NCBI GenBank assembly: GCA_965656855.1
Contig: CBFHML010000097.1
Location: 31,250-95,249, forward strand
Origin: Roseovarius sp.
Lineage (GTDB): Bacteria; Pseudomonadota; Alphaproteobacteria; Rhodobacterales; Rhodobacteraceae
DNA length: 64,000 nucleotides
Reading direction: 5' to 3'
Shown here one piece after another: positions 29,225 to 39,029 of this stretch (position 1 is its first letter; each line of letters opens with the position of its first letter). The notes below the pieces were generated by a model that saw only the letters and a program-made list of their open reading frames with translations, was not told where the DNA came from and made no database searches. The position numbers and the translations under genes are program-made.

Positions 29225-30391
29225 TCAGCTTTTCATGCTGTCCCAAAAGCTTTTGACTGATTTGAAAAAGCTGTGGGATTCTGGATTGTTCTCTTCGGAG
29301 AGAGAGTTGAACTCCTCCAGCAATTCCTTTTGCCGAGACGTCAGGTTTACGGGGGTTTCTACGGCGAGTTCGATGAACATGTCGCCACGGCCCCCCCCGC
29401 GCAATGCGGGCATGCCCTTGCTGCGCAAGCGCATCTGACGTCCCGATTGAGATCCTTCCGGGATCTTCACCCGGCTGCGGCCGCCGTCGATTGTGGGAAC
29501 CTCGATGTCCCCGCCAAGTGCTGCTTTGGACATCGAAACAGGCACACGGCAGAACAGATTGGTGTCCTCCCGCTCGAAGATTTCATGACGATCCACCTCG
29601 ATGAAGATGTAGAGATCGCCAGTGGGACCACCGCGCATTCCCGCCTCGCCCTCACCGGCAAGCCGGATACGGGTGCCGGTTTCCACGCCCGCCGGGATAT
29701 TCACGGAGAGCGAGCGTTCCTGTTGGACGCGCCCCTGACCGTGGCAGGTGTTGCACGGATTTTTGATCGTCTGACCGAGCCCCGAACAGGTGGGACACGT
29801 ACGTTCCACCGTAAAGAAACCCTGCTGCGCGCGGACTTTGCCCATGCCTGAACAGGTGGGGCAGGTTGTCGGCTCTGCGCCACCTTCGGCGCCGGAGCCG
29901 CTACAGGCGCCACAGGAGACAGATGTGGGGACGCTGATCGTTTTTTGCAGCCCCACAAACGCGTCTTCCAGAGTGATTCGAAGATTGTAGCGCAGATCAG
30001 AGCCGCGTGCCGCACGTTGACGTCCGCCGCCACCGCCGCGCCCGCCCATGAAGTCACCGAAAAGGTCATCGAACACATCAGAAAAGGCGCTGGCGAAATC
30101 CCCCTGTCCGGGACCGGCTCCGCCGCCAAAGCCACCGCCGGGGCGGCCGCCTCCACCCATGCCTCCTTCGAAGGCGGCATGGCCAAAGCGGTCATAGGCC
30201 GCTTTCTTTTCAGGATCTTTCAGAACATCATAAGCCTCGCCAGCCTCCTTGAACTGGCCCTCGGACTGTGGATTGTCCTTGTTCCGGTCAGGGTGCAATT
30301 CTTTGGCTTTCTGGCGGTAGGCTTTCTTGATCTCGTCGGCTGAGGCGCCCTTGGATATGCCGAGAACCTCGTAATAATCTCGTTTGGCCAT
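29225..30391 (-). CDS. dnaJ: molecular chaperone DnaJ
   Basis: J domain with HPD, a G/F-rich region, and four CxxCxGxG zinc repeats. Confidence 0.95.
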   Translation of the reverse strand: MAKRDYYEVLGISKGASADEIKKAYRQKAKELHPDRNKDNPQSEGQFKEAGEAYDVLKDPEKKAAYDRFGHAAFEGGMGGGGRPGGGFGGGAGPGQGDFASAFSDVFDDLFGDFMGGRGGGGGRQRAARGSDLRYNLRITLEDAFVGLQKTISVPTSVSCGACSGSGAEGGAEPTTCPTCSGMGKVRAQQGFFTVERTCPTCSGLGQTIKNPCNTCHGQGRVQQERSLSVNIPAGVETGTRIRLAGEGEAGMRGGPTGDLYIFIEVDRHEIFEREDTNLFCRVPVSMSKAALGGDIEVPTIDGGRSRVKIPEGSQSGRQMRLRSKGMPALRGGGRGDMFIELAVETPVNLTSRQKELLEEFNSLSEENNPESHSFFKSVKSFWDSMKS

Positions 30392-30405
30392 CGGAGAAAC
30401 TCCTT

Positions 30406-30438
30406 ACAAACGACAAACGGGGGCCTCTAAGGGCCCCC
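30406..30438 (-). terminator. intercistronic stem-loop (partial terminator/attenuator) between dnaK and dnaJ
   Basis: GGGGGCC (30419-30425) pairs with GGCCCCC (30432-30438). On the minus strand it is followed by the T-rich run GTTTGTCGTTTGT. Confidence 0.45.
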
Positions 30439-30457
30439 GCCCATCCAATGCCGCACC

Positions 30458-32377
30458 TTAGGCGCGCTTGTTGTCGTCGAGATCTTCGAAATCGGCATCG
30501 ACGATATCGTCATCGCCATCGCGCGGCTCGTCCGCAGCGGCGGGACCGTTGTCGTCTCCACCGTCTTGGCTTGCTTTATAGATCGCCTCACCCAGCTTCA
30601 TGGCCGCTTCGGTCACGTTCTGGATGCCGGACTTGATCTTGTCCGCGGTTGCATCGTCCTTCTCAAGGTCATCCTTGAGCGCGGCGATCGAGAGTTCGAT
30701 GGCTTCGACAGTCGATGGATCCACCTTGTCGCTATGCTCTTCCACCGACTTTTCGGTCGAGTGGATCAAGCTTTCGGCTTGGTTGCGAGCCTCGACCAAT
30801 GCGCGGCGTTCCTTGTCCGCCTCGGCATTGTCCTCGGCATCTTTGACCATCTTGTCGATGTCCTCGTCCGACAGACCGCCGGATGCCTGGATCGTGATCT
30901 TGTGCTCCTTGTTCGTGCCCTTGTCCTTGGCCGAAACAGAGACGATGCCGTTGGCGTCGATGTCGAATGTCACTTCGATCTGGGGCATCCCGCGCGGTGC
31001 TGGCGGAATGTTTTCGAGGTTGAACTGACCCAGCATCTTATTGTCTGACGCCATTTCACGTTCGCCTTGGAAGACGCGGATCGTCACGGCCGATTGATTG
31101 TCCTCGGCGGTAGAGAAGATCTGCGACTTGTTTGTCGGAATCGTGGTGTTGCGGTCGATCAGACGGGTGAACACGCCACCCAGCGTTTCGATACCAAGCG
31201 AGAGCGGCGTGACGTCGAGCAAGACAACATCCTTGACGTCACCCTGAAGCACGCCAGCCTGAATGGCAGCACCCATGGCGACAACCTCATCAGGGTTAAC
31301 GCCCTTATGGGGTTCTTTGCCAAAGAACTTTGTCACTTCCTCGACCACGCGTGGCATGCGGGTCATGCCGCCGACCAGAACGATCTCGTCGATTTCGTTG
31401 GCGGAAAGGCCCGCATCTTTGAGAGCTGCCTTGCACGGCTTGAGAGAGTTGACGATCAGGTCTCCGACAAGGCTTTCCAGCTTGGCGCGGGTCAGTTTGA
31501 CGACCATGTGAAGCGGCTGACCATCCGAGCCCATAGAGATGAACGGCTGGTTGATCTCTGTCTGGCTGGACGAGCTCAGCTCGATCTTGGCCTTCTCGGC
31601 GGCTTCCTTGAGGCGCTGCAGCGCCATCTTGTCTTTGGTCAGGTCGACGCTGTGTTCTTTTTTGAATTCTTCAGCGAGGTAGTTGACGATCCGCATGTCG
31701 AAATCTTCACCGCCAAGGAACGTGTCGCCATTGGTGGATTTCACTTCGAACAGGCCATCGTCGATCTCAAGGATGGTCACGTCAAACGTACCGCCACCAA
31801 GGTCATAGACCGCGATGGTGTGCGTGTTTTCCTTGTCGAGACCATAGGCAAGTGCGGCTGCTGTCGGCTCGTTGATGATGCGGAGCACTTCGAGCCCGGC
31901 GATCTTGCCGGCGTCCTTGGTGGCCTGACGCTGTGCGTCGTTGAAATACGCAGGTACGGTGATGACCGCTTGCGTGACCTCTTCGCCAAGATAGCTCTCG
32001 GCGGTTTCTTTCATCTTACCGAGGATGAAGGCAGAGATCTGGCTGGGAGAGTATTTCTCATCCTTGGCCTTGACCCATGCGTCGCCATTGCCCCCGTCGA
32101 TCACGGTGAACGGCATATTCTTTTTGTCCTTGGCGAGATCGGGATCATCCTCACGACGACCGATCAGGCGCTTGACGCCGAAGACTGTGTTTTCGGGGTT
32201 CGTGACCGCCTGACGTTTGGCCGGCTGGCCAACAAGACGTTCATCGTCCGTAAAGGCGACAATAGAGGGCGTGGTACGCGCCCCTTCTGAATTCTCGATC
32301 ACGCGCGCGCGGCTACCATCCATGATGGCGACGCAGCTGTTGGTGGTGCCGAGGTCGATACCTATGACTTTACCCAT
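30458..32377 (-). CDS. dnaK: molecular chaperone DnaK (Hsp70)
   Basis: Trimmed to [14 protein letters not shown] (ATG at 32377). Full Hsp70 pattern follows. Confidence 0.95.
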   Translation of the reverse strand: MGKVIGIDLGTTNSCVAIMDGSRARVIENSEGARTTPSIVAFTDDERLVGQPAKRQAVTNPENTVFGVKRLIGRREDDPDLAKDKKNMPFTVIDGGNGDAWVKAKDEKYSPSQISAFILGKMKETAESYLGEEVTQAVITVPAYFNDAQRQATKDAGKIAGLEVLRIINEPTAAALAYGLDKENTHTIAVYDLGGGTFDVTILEIDDGLFEVKSTNGDTFLGGEDFDMRIVNYLAEEFKKEHSVDLTKDKMALQRLKEAAEKAKIELSSSSQTEINQPFISMGSDGQPLHMVVKLTRAKLESLVGDLIVNSLKPCKAALKDAGLSANEIDEIVLVGGMTRMPRVVEEVTKFFGKEPHKGVNPDEVVAMGAAIQAGVLQGDVKDVVLLDVTPLSLGIETLGGVFTRLIDRNTTIPTNKSQIFSTAEDNQSAVTIRVFQGEREMASDNKMLGQFNLENIPPAPRGMPQIEVTFDIDANGIVSVSAKDKGTNKEHKITIQASGGLSDEDIDKMVKDAEDNAEADKERRALVEARNQAESLIHSTEKSVEEHSDKVDPSTVEAIELSIAALKDDLEKDDATADKIKSGIQNVTEAAMKLGEAIYKASQDGGDDNGPAAADEPRDGDDDIVDADFEDLDDNKRA

Positions 32378-32488
32378 GTTGTTCGATCCCTTCTGCTTAA
32401 GGCGATTTAATGGAGGCCGGACCCGTTCCGGCATCAGGCCTCCGGATGAAGTGCGGTTACGACAAAGCGTTTCCGCGTTTCGTGCGGT

Positions 32489-32517
32489 ATATAGGCAGGC
32501 CTCCGCCACCCTGCAAG
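32489..32517 (-). promoter_or_regulatory. RpoH (sigma-32)-type heat-shock promoter of dnaK
   Basis: The minus strand reads CTTGCA-N16-CCTATAT, matching the alphaproteobacterial sigma-32 consensus CTTG-N17/18-CYTATNT. It lies about 110 nt upstream of the dnaK ATG. Confidence 0.55.
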
Positions 32518-32554
32518 CCGCCGACTTGGTGGGAATCGGGAATTCCGAGTTAAA

Positions 32555-33193
32555 TTGAAGGTATTGACCGGAAAGGGGGCAAAAATAACCCAGACCAGCT
32601 TGGATATTCGCGGATTTCGCATCTTTAAAGGATACCTCCACAAGGCGGCGCAGAACGATCTTGTAGAGGCGCTTCGTGGTGTCGTGCGCGATGCGCCGCT
32701 CTTTTCGCCCATGACACCGTATGGCAAGCCGATGAGTGTAAGCATGACGTCAGCGGGCAAATACGGCTGGTATGCGGACCGATCCGGTTATCGCTACGAG
32801 ACGCGGCACCCCAACGGCAACGCCTGGCCGCCTATGCCGGATGCCGTATGGCGGATCTGGGCTGACCTTGTCAGTGAGGGGCGTGGGCCGGATTGCTGTT
32901 TGGTGAACCATTACCGCGAGGGGGCTCGGATGGGGATGCATCAGGATAAGGACGAGGCCGATTTCGATTGGCCCGTTCTATCGGTCTCTCTGGGGGATGA
33001 CGCGCTTTTTCGGATGGGCAACAGGACACGAGGTGGCAAAACCGAATCGGTTTGGCTGCAATCGGGGGACGTGGTGGTGATGGGGGGCGAGGCCCGATTA
33101 AGATATCACGGGATAGACCGGATAAGATCTGGCACATCACAGCTTTTGGCAAAAGGTGGTCGCATCAATCTGACTTGCCGTGTGGTGGACTGA
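32555..33193 (+). CDS. alkB: alpha-ketoglutarate-dependent dioxygenase AlkB
   Basis: HxD motif MHQDKDE, later H and RxNLTxR (RINLTCR). TTG start; the exact start is uncertain. Confidence 0.8.
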   Translation: MKVLTGKGAKITQTSLDIRGFRIFKGYLHKAAQNDLVEALRGVVRDAPLFSPMTPYGKPMSVSMTSAGKYGWYADRSGYRYETRHPNGNAWPPMPDAVWRIWADLVSEGRGPDCCLVNHYREGARMGMHQDKDEADFDWPVLSVSLGDDALFRMGNRTRGGKTESVWLQSGDVVVMGGEARLRYHGIDRIRSGTSQLLAKGGRINLTCRVVD

Positions 33194-33201
33194 TCTGCGG
33201 T

Positions 33202-33816
33202 TCAGCGTGAGATGGTGCAGCAGCCCGAAACAAAGCTAACGCCGCTTTGCTCGGTCAGGAAGATATCGACATCAATGCCATAGGCGCGATCAGACATGCC
33301 GTCGGTACACAGGTCGCGACGAAAAACCGAGGTAAGAACCCGCGCTTCGCTTTCGCCAAATATGGCATAGCGATCGGTCCGATTTTCGGCGACGACGGTG
33401 TAGAGATTTCCAAAACTGACGGGATCTTGCCCGCTTCGCGAAAATTCGGCCTTTTGGTCCGAGATAAGGGACAAGGACCAGAATGGCTCTGTCCCGCTGC
33501 AATTTAATGGCCGGGGAAGAACATCGCCTGGCTGTCCCGGTTGCCGGGCAAGGTAGCGCATCGCAACCCAGCCTGATCGCTCGCGCATGTTGATCCGGCC
33601 CCAGTCGCCGCTTTCGTCGCGGGCAACGACCTCGATACCCTCAACGTCTGAGGCCAATCTGTCGAGAATACTGGCAGAGGTATTGGGCGCGGCGCGGACA
33701 TTCAGCACGTCTGTTTGCGCCACTCCGGATACATCGAAGAAAGCTGGCAGAGGCTCTGCCCGAGCGAATGTGCCAAAAAGGATCACGCAAACGGTGAAGG
33801 CTGCACGGACGATCAT
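33202..33816 (-). CDS. secreted SH3-like domain protein (COG3650-like)
   Basis: Trimmed to MIVRAAFTVCVILFGTFARA (signal peptide). SH3b-like part: LNVRAAPNTSASILDRL....VEVV....DWGRI. The start overlaps the upstream stop (ATGA). Confidence 0.6.
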   Translation of the reverse strand: MIVRAAFTVCVILFGTFARAEPLPAFFDVSGVAQTDVLNVRAAPNTSASILDRLASDVEGIEVVARDESGDWGRINMRERSGWVAMRYLARQPGQPGDVLPRPLNCSGTEPFWSLSLISDQKAEFSRSGQDPVSFGNLYTVVAENRTDRYAIFGESEARVLTSVFRRDLCTDGMSDRAYGIDVDIFLTEQSGVSFVSGCCTISR

Positions 33817-34634
33817 CGACGCGCGTCCCAGCTGCTGGAGGCGTGTTGCCTTGTATAGAATTCTCCCATCAGACCCAGCGTAAGAAGCACGGCCCCGACG
33901 ATCAACGCGTACTGATAATCGGTGTTGCGGGGAAAATAATTTTGAAACACGAACCCTCTGCATTGGTCGATGATATGAAAAAGTGGGTTCCAGTCGAACA
34001 TCATCAACATGAAATTAGGCAGGGTATTGGCCACAAAAAGCTTTCCTGACGCGATCATGTTGGCACGTGTATAGATCACCTGAACGAGGTTCATCGCTGT
34101 CGGAAACCATGGTTTCAACGCAAGAAACAGTAGTCCGACGGCACATCCCGTGAACCACGCCAATAAAAGCATACCGAACGCACCGACAGGGTCGAAGATT
34201 TCGATGCGCACAAAGGCAACATGGTAGACGAAGAGGATAACGAAAGCGGAAATCACCTGAATGTAGAGACAGCCAAGCGCGGCCGAACAGATAGAAATCA
34301 TCGTATTCATCGGAGCGTGTTGCATCATCGGAGATGCCCCTCCGTCAGCGCCCGAGACAGCGCCCAGTGCCTTGATGTGCGTGAGGTACAGAAAAACGCC
34401 TGACATCATGTATAGCATGAAATCGCCACGCAGCTTGGCGCCACGCAATCCCATCACTGAAAACATCACGTAAAAGGCGAGTACAAAGACCACAGCCGTC
34501 ATGATATTCACACCGAGCGCCATAAAGGCGTTACCATGTGTCTTGCGGACATCCCGCACAGTTGTGTGATAAATCAGTTCGCCGATTGTGATCGCGGACC
34601 CGATAAGAGATTTTCTGCGTGTATTTTGAAACAT
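33813..34634 (-). CDS. ABC-2 type transporter permease (KpsM-like polysaccharide export permease)
   Basis: About six predicted TM segments and an N-terminal cytoplasmic stretch IGELIYHTTVRDVRKTHGNA, typical of ABC-2/KpsM-type permeases. No adjacent ATPase gene. Confidence 0.65.
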   Translation of the reverse strand: MFQNTRRKSLIGSAITIGELIYHTTVRDVRKTHGNAFMALGVNIMTAVVFVLAFYVMFSVMGLRGAKLRGDFMLYMMSGVFLYLTHIKALGAVSGADGGASPMMQHAPMNTMISICSAALGCLYIQVISAFVILFVYHVAFVRIEIFDPVGAFGMLLLAWFTGCAVGLLFLALKPWFPTAMNLVQVIYTRANMIASGKLFVANTLPNFMLMMFDWNPLFHIIDQCRGFVFQNYFPRNTDYQYALIVGAVLLTLGLMGEFYTRQHASSSWDARR

Positions 34635-34772
34635 CGCCTGCCGCCAACTTTGTCGATTTCGATCTTTTTTACACGGATTTCTTGCCGTCCGGTTAGTGAC
34701 GCAGCATAAGAGGCACGACGTACTCTCGCAACATGCCGGTTGTTTTCACTGTAAAAGCATTGGAGCAGATCA

Positions 34773-35570
34773 TTGGATTACGACAAACTTGTCACGGTTT
34801 TTCGCCGTCTTGCGCTGGAGGCGGGCGACAAGATTATGGAAATCTACGAGGCCGACGATTTCGACGTGAAGGTTAAATCTGATGAAAGCCCGGTGACCGA
34901 GGCGGATGAGGCGGCTGACGCGCTGATCTCAGCGGGGCTGAGAGCTGACTTTCCTGACGTGACACTGATTACCGAAGAGCAGGCAGCATCGCATCAACTG
35001 CGCGCCGGGACATTTCTGATTGTCGACCCTCTGGATGGTACAAAAGAGTTCATCAACAGGCGTGGTGATTTCACTGTCAACATAGCGCTTGTCGAGGATG
35101 GGGTGCCCACCCGCGGTGTGGTGTACGCCCCTGCAAAGGCGCGCATGTTCTTTACGCGGGCCGATGGTAGTGCCGTCGAAGAGACCGGGCCGTTCGACAA
35201 GCTCAAGCTGGGTGATCTGCGGGAAATTCGTGTTTCCGAGCCGGACAACACAGCGTTGATGGTTGTCGCAAGCAAGTCCCACCGTGATCAGGCAACAGAT
35301 GATTACATCTCGAAATACGCAGTCAAAGACATGAAAAGCGCTGGTTCGTCGCTCAAGTTCTGCCTGCTGGCGACGGGCGAGGCGGATCTCTATCCGCGCG
35401 TTGGGCGCACCATGGAATGGGATACGGCCGCTGGTCACGCTGTTCTGCAAGGCGCGGGTGGGCTTGTGGTGCGGTTCGATACGCATGAGCCGCTTACCTA
35501 CGGCAAAGAAGATTATGCGAACCCGTTTTTCATCGCGTACTCTCCACAGGTCGAGCTAAAGTCAGCGTGA
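34773..35570 (+). CDS. cysQ: 3'(2'),5'-bisphosphate nucleotidase
   Basis: Inositol-monophosphatase-fold motifs: DESPVTEAD, VDPLDGTKEF, WDTAAGHAV. TTG start. Confidence 0.8.
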   Translation: MDYDKLVTVFRRLALEAGDKIMEIYEADDFDVKVKSDESPVTEADEAADALISAGLRADFPDVTLITEEQAASHQLRAGTFLIVDPLDGTKEFINRRGDFTVNIALVEDGVPTRGVVYAPAKARMFFTRADGSAVEETGPFDKLKLGDLREIRVSEPDNTALMVVASKSHRDQATDDYISKYAVKDMKSAGSSLKFCLLATGEADLYPRVGRTMEWDTAAGHAVLQGAGGLVVRFDTHEPLTYGKEDYANPFFIAYSPQVELKSA

Positions 35571-35571
35571 C

Positions 35572-35718
35572 ATGAGCGTTCTCGTCGTCATCCCGGCATG
35601 CCACGCCTCCACTTGCGATCCCGGCAAACCTCTTGTGGTTCTGCACGGCGCTGACGACACGGTCAAAAGTCCGATCCAGATAAGCTGGATAGAAAAAGAC
35701 GCCAGTTCCGGGAGTTGA
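35572..35718 (+). pseudogene. kdsB: truncated remnant of CMP-Kdo synthetase (kdsB/kpsU-like)
   Basis: The 48-codon ORF MSVLVVIPACHASTCDPGKPL... matches the KdsB N-terminus (E. coli [21 protein letters not shown]). Both conserved Arg are Cys (TGC), and it stops at about one fifth of normal length. Confidence 0.5.
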
Positions 35719-35909
35719 ACAACCCTGACGATATTGACCGGATACAGGCTATGACGGCTGAGATGGAGATGAATTGAACCTGCCTAGAAACCGCCCAAGT
35801 TTTAGCTACATTGGATCATCTTTAGGCGCGAAGGGTCACGTGCGGATCAAGTCGAAGGTACTTTGATCGCGAGTGTTCAGTTTACAAGTTTTATTCAAAG
35901 GAGCCTCAA

Positions 35910-36803
35910 ATGAAAAATAAGCTGACCAAGGCGATTTTTCCTGTAGCCGGTATGGGCACGCGCTTTCTTCCTGCGACAAAATCGGTTCCCAAAGAAATCA
36001 TGACATTGGTCGACCGTCCTCTGGTGCAATATGCCATTGACGAGGCGCGTGCAGCTGGCATCAAGGAATTCATTTTTGTGACTTCGCGCGGCAAAGGCGC
36101 GCTTGAGGATTATTTCGACAATGCCCCACAGCTGGAACAAGAGCTTCGGAAGAAGGGAAAGGATGACCTTCTCGAAATCTTGAAATCAACCAACATGGAC
36201 AGCGGCGAGATTGCCTATACCCGGCAGAACAAGGCCCTTGGACTTGGGCATGCCGTATGGTGCGCGCGTCGCCTGATCGGGAATGAACCGTTCGCCGTCA
36301 TTTTGCCAGACGATGTTATCCACGGGGAAAAGCCCTGCTTGGCGCAAATGGTTGAGGCCTTCAACGAAACTGGTGGAAATATTGTTGCCGCTATGGAGGT
36401 CCCCGAAGAAAAGGCATCTTCCTACGGTATGCTGGATATCAAAGAGGACCATGGGAAAATCGTTTCGACAAAGGGCATGGTGGAAAAGCCGGCGCCCGGC
36501 GAGGCCCCCTCGAATCTTGCGGTCATTGGCCGCTACATTCTGACGCCGACCGTGTTGCAGAAACTGAACAAGAAGCGGACGGGCGCAGGTGGGGAAATAC
36601 AGCTCACCGATGCGATCGACGACGCGCGTGACAGTGGCGAAGAGGTTTTCGGCTTCCGCTTCGAAGGAGAGCGTTTTGACTGCGGCTCCAAGGCTGGCTT
36701 TCTTCAGGCGACTGTCGCCTTTGCGCTGGAGCGTGCAGAGCTGCGGGATGAATTATGGGCCTATATCAGTGACCTTGTGACTACGGCCAAGGCAGCAGAG
36801 TAA
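35910..36803 (+). CDS. galU: UTP--glucose-1-phosphate uridylyltransferase
   Basis: AGGAG RBS. Motifs KAIFPVAGMGTRFLPATK..PKE and LGLGHAV. Confidence 0.9.
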   Translation: MKNKLTKAIFPVAGMGTRFLPATKSVPKEIMTLVDRPLVQYAIDEARAAGIKEFIFVTSRGKGALEDYFDNAPQLEQELRKKGKDDLLEILKSTNMDSGEIAYTRQNKALGLGHAVWCARRLIGNEPFAVILPDDVIHGEKPCLAQMVEAFNETGGNIVAAMEVPEEKASSYGMLDIKEDHGKIVSTKGMVEKPAPGEAPSNLAVIGRYILTPTVLQKLNKKRTGAGGEIQLTDAIDDARDSGEEVFGFRFEGERFDCGSKAGFLQATVAFALERAELRDELWAYISDLVTTAKAAE

Positions 36804-36820
36804 ACTATAGGGGTGCAGGT

Positions 36821-37804
36821 TTGAAAAACGTCCTGGTTACTGGTGGTGCGGGTTACATTGGCTCCCATGCTTGTAAAGCTCTCAGAAAGGCTGGTTACAC
36901 CCCTGTCACCTATGACAATCTCAGCACTGGCTGGCAGGACGCGGTAAAGTTCGGGCCGTTCGAGCAAGGCGATTTGCGCGACAGAGAGCGGCTTGATCAG
37001 GTTTTTGCAGCCTATCAGCCGGCGGCCGTGTTGCATTTCGGGGCTCTGAGCCAAGTTGGCGAAAGCATCCGTGAACCGGGTATGTATTGGGATAACAATG
37101 TCACGGGATCGCTCGTGCTCATTCAGGCTGCGGTTGCGGCGGGCTGTCTTGATTTCGTTTTCTCCTCCACCTGCGCGACCTATGGCGACCAAGACAACGT
37201 CGTGCTTGATGAAAATTGCCATCAGGCGCCGATCAATCCCTATGGCGCCTCAAAGCGGGCGATAGAGGATATGCTGCGGGATTTTGAGCTAGCAAACGGG
37301 CTGCGTCATGTGATTTTCCGGTATTTCAACGTGGCAGGCGCCGACCCGGAGGCAGAGGTGGGAGAGTTTCATCAGCCTGAAACACATCTTGTTCCACTGA
37401 TCCTCGATGCGGTTGACGGGCGGCGGGATGCGCTGACCATCTTTGGGACGGATTACGATACGCCGGATGGCACCTGCATCCGTGACTATGTGCATGTCAT
37501 GGATTTGGTGGATGCACACGTGCTTGGTCTTTGCTGGCTTCAAGATGGTAAGCCGAGCGAGGTGTTCAACCTTGGGACAGGCACAGGTTTTACGGTGCGC
37601 GAAGTCATCGACAATTCGCGAGTCATCACGAACAAATCGGTCCCCGTAATAGAAGGCACGCGCCGACCCGGAGATTGTGCAAAACTCATTTCCGGATCGA
37701 CCAAGGCCAAGGCCAAACTTGGCTGGACGCCAGAGCGTTCGACACTTGACCACATGATCGCCGATGCATGGCGGTGGCATCAATCCGGACACTACACCAG
37801 ATAA
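36821..37804 (+). CDS. galE: UDP-glucose 4-epimerase
   Basis: VTGGAGYIGSH Rossmann motif, SST...YGASK catalytic motif. TTG start. Confidence 0.9.
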   Translation: MKNVLVTGGAGYIGSHACKALRKAGYTPVTYDNLSTGWQDAVKFGPFEQGDLRDRERLDQVFAAYQPAAVLHFGALSQVGESIREPGMYWDNNVTGSLVLIQAAVAAGCLDFVFSSTCATYGDQDNVVLDENCHQAPINPYGASKRAIEDMLRDFELANGLRHVIFRYFNVAGADPEAEVGEFHQPETHLVPLILDAVDGRRDALTIFGTDYDTPDGTCIRDYVHVMDLVDAHVLGLCWLQDGKPSEVFNLGTGTGFTVREVIDNSRVITNKSVPVIEGTRRPGDCAKLISGSTKAKAKLGWTPERSTLDHMIADAWRWHQSGHYTR

Positions 37805-37833
37805 ATTCTGGGTGGTCCCGGCAGAAAGGGCAA

Positions 37834-38865
37834 ATGGCTGCGATGACAAGGGCATCAGAGCTATGGATGGCCTACAGGCTGCGCTGGAAACGTCGTCGCC
37901 TTTTGTTTCGTGCCTTGCGCAAACGCCACCAACTTCGCCCGCTTCAGGACAAGACCGCCGCAATCAAGACAGGCGACATCCTCGCCTTCTCCACCGTCAG
38001 AAACGAGGCTTTGCGCCTGCCATTTTTTCTGTCTCATTATCGCAAGCTTGGCGTGGGGCATTTTCTGATCGTCGACAATGGAAGTGATGATGGCACGCGC
38101 GACTATCTTGCACGCCAGCCTGATGTCACGCTTTGGGGGACCGATCACAGCTATCGGCTGTCACGCTTTGGGGTCGATTGGCTCACGTGGCTTCAGATCC
38201 GTTTCGGGCATGGGCATTGGTGCCTGACCGTCGATGCAGACGAGATCCTGATTTACCCCCACCATGACACGCGTGATCTGATGGCCCTGACGAATTGGCT
38301 GGATAGGCATGAGCGGCAGTCATTCGGGACATTGATGTTGGATATGTATCCAAAGGGTCCGCTTGATGCAGAAACATATCAGGCCGGGGCAGACCCGTTC
38401 GAGCACCTGTGCTGGTTCGACGGTGGCAATTATGTGATGCAGCAAAAGCCCGATCTGCAAAACCTATGGATCCAGGGTGGGGTGCGGGCGCGCCGGTTTT
38501 TTGCGGACCGGCCCGAGCGTGCGCCAACGCTGGGAAAGACGCCTTTGGTAAAGTGGAACCGCCGCTATGCCTATGTCAGCTCTGCTCATTCGATTTTGCC
38601 AAGGCGGCTCAACCGGGTTTATGACGACACCGGCGGCGAGCGTCTCTCTGGGATCTTGCTGCATACCAAGTTCCTGCACACGGTTGTCGAAAAATCAGCT
38701 GAAGAGCAGCTGAGAGCCGAGCATTTCGCCAACTCCGCTTTGTACGACGACTATTACGAAGCCTTGCAGAAGGCGCCGGACCTGTGGTGCGAGACGTCTC
38801 GAAAGCTGTCCGGATGGCGACAATTAGAGGCGCTGGGCCTAATGTCGAAAGGTAACTGGGTCTAA
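37834..38865 (+). CDS. GT-A fold glycosyltransferase (family 2-like), paralogue 1
   Basis: FLIVDNGSDDGT and DxD-like VDADE. About 60% identical to the next gene over a hand-aligned 96 aa. Start trimmed so it follows the galE stop. Confidence 0.7.
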   Translation: MAAMTRASELWMAYRLRWKRRRLLFRALRKRHQLRPLQDKTAAIKTGDILAFSTVRNEALRLPFFLSHYRKLGVGHFLIVDNGSDDGTRDYLARQPDVTLWGTDHSYRLSRFGVDWLTWLQIRFGHGHWCLTVDADEILIYPHHDTRDLMALTNWLDRHERQSFGTLMLDMYPKGPLDAETYQAGADPFEHLCWFDGGNYVMQQKPDLQNLWIQGGVRARRFFADRPERAPTLGKTPLVKWNRRYAYVSSAHSILPRRLNRVYDDTGGERLSGILLHTKFLHTVVEKSAEEQLRAEHFANSALYDDYYEALQKAPDLWCETSRKLSGWRQLEALGLMSKGNWV

Positions 38866-39029
38866 CCCTATCGAGGATAGTTTACGAAAGAGAAACAATA
38901 TCTTATCTTTCGGTAAAATTGTTGCTTGGTGCAGCGGTCAGAAAGTCGGAAAATGTTGGGCAAGAGTGTATTAAGTTTCCGCGCATATGTTTTCATGTGC
39001 CCCGTCACTCTGCCTAAAGGGAATGTTCT

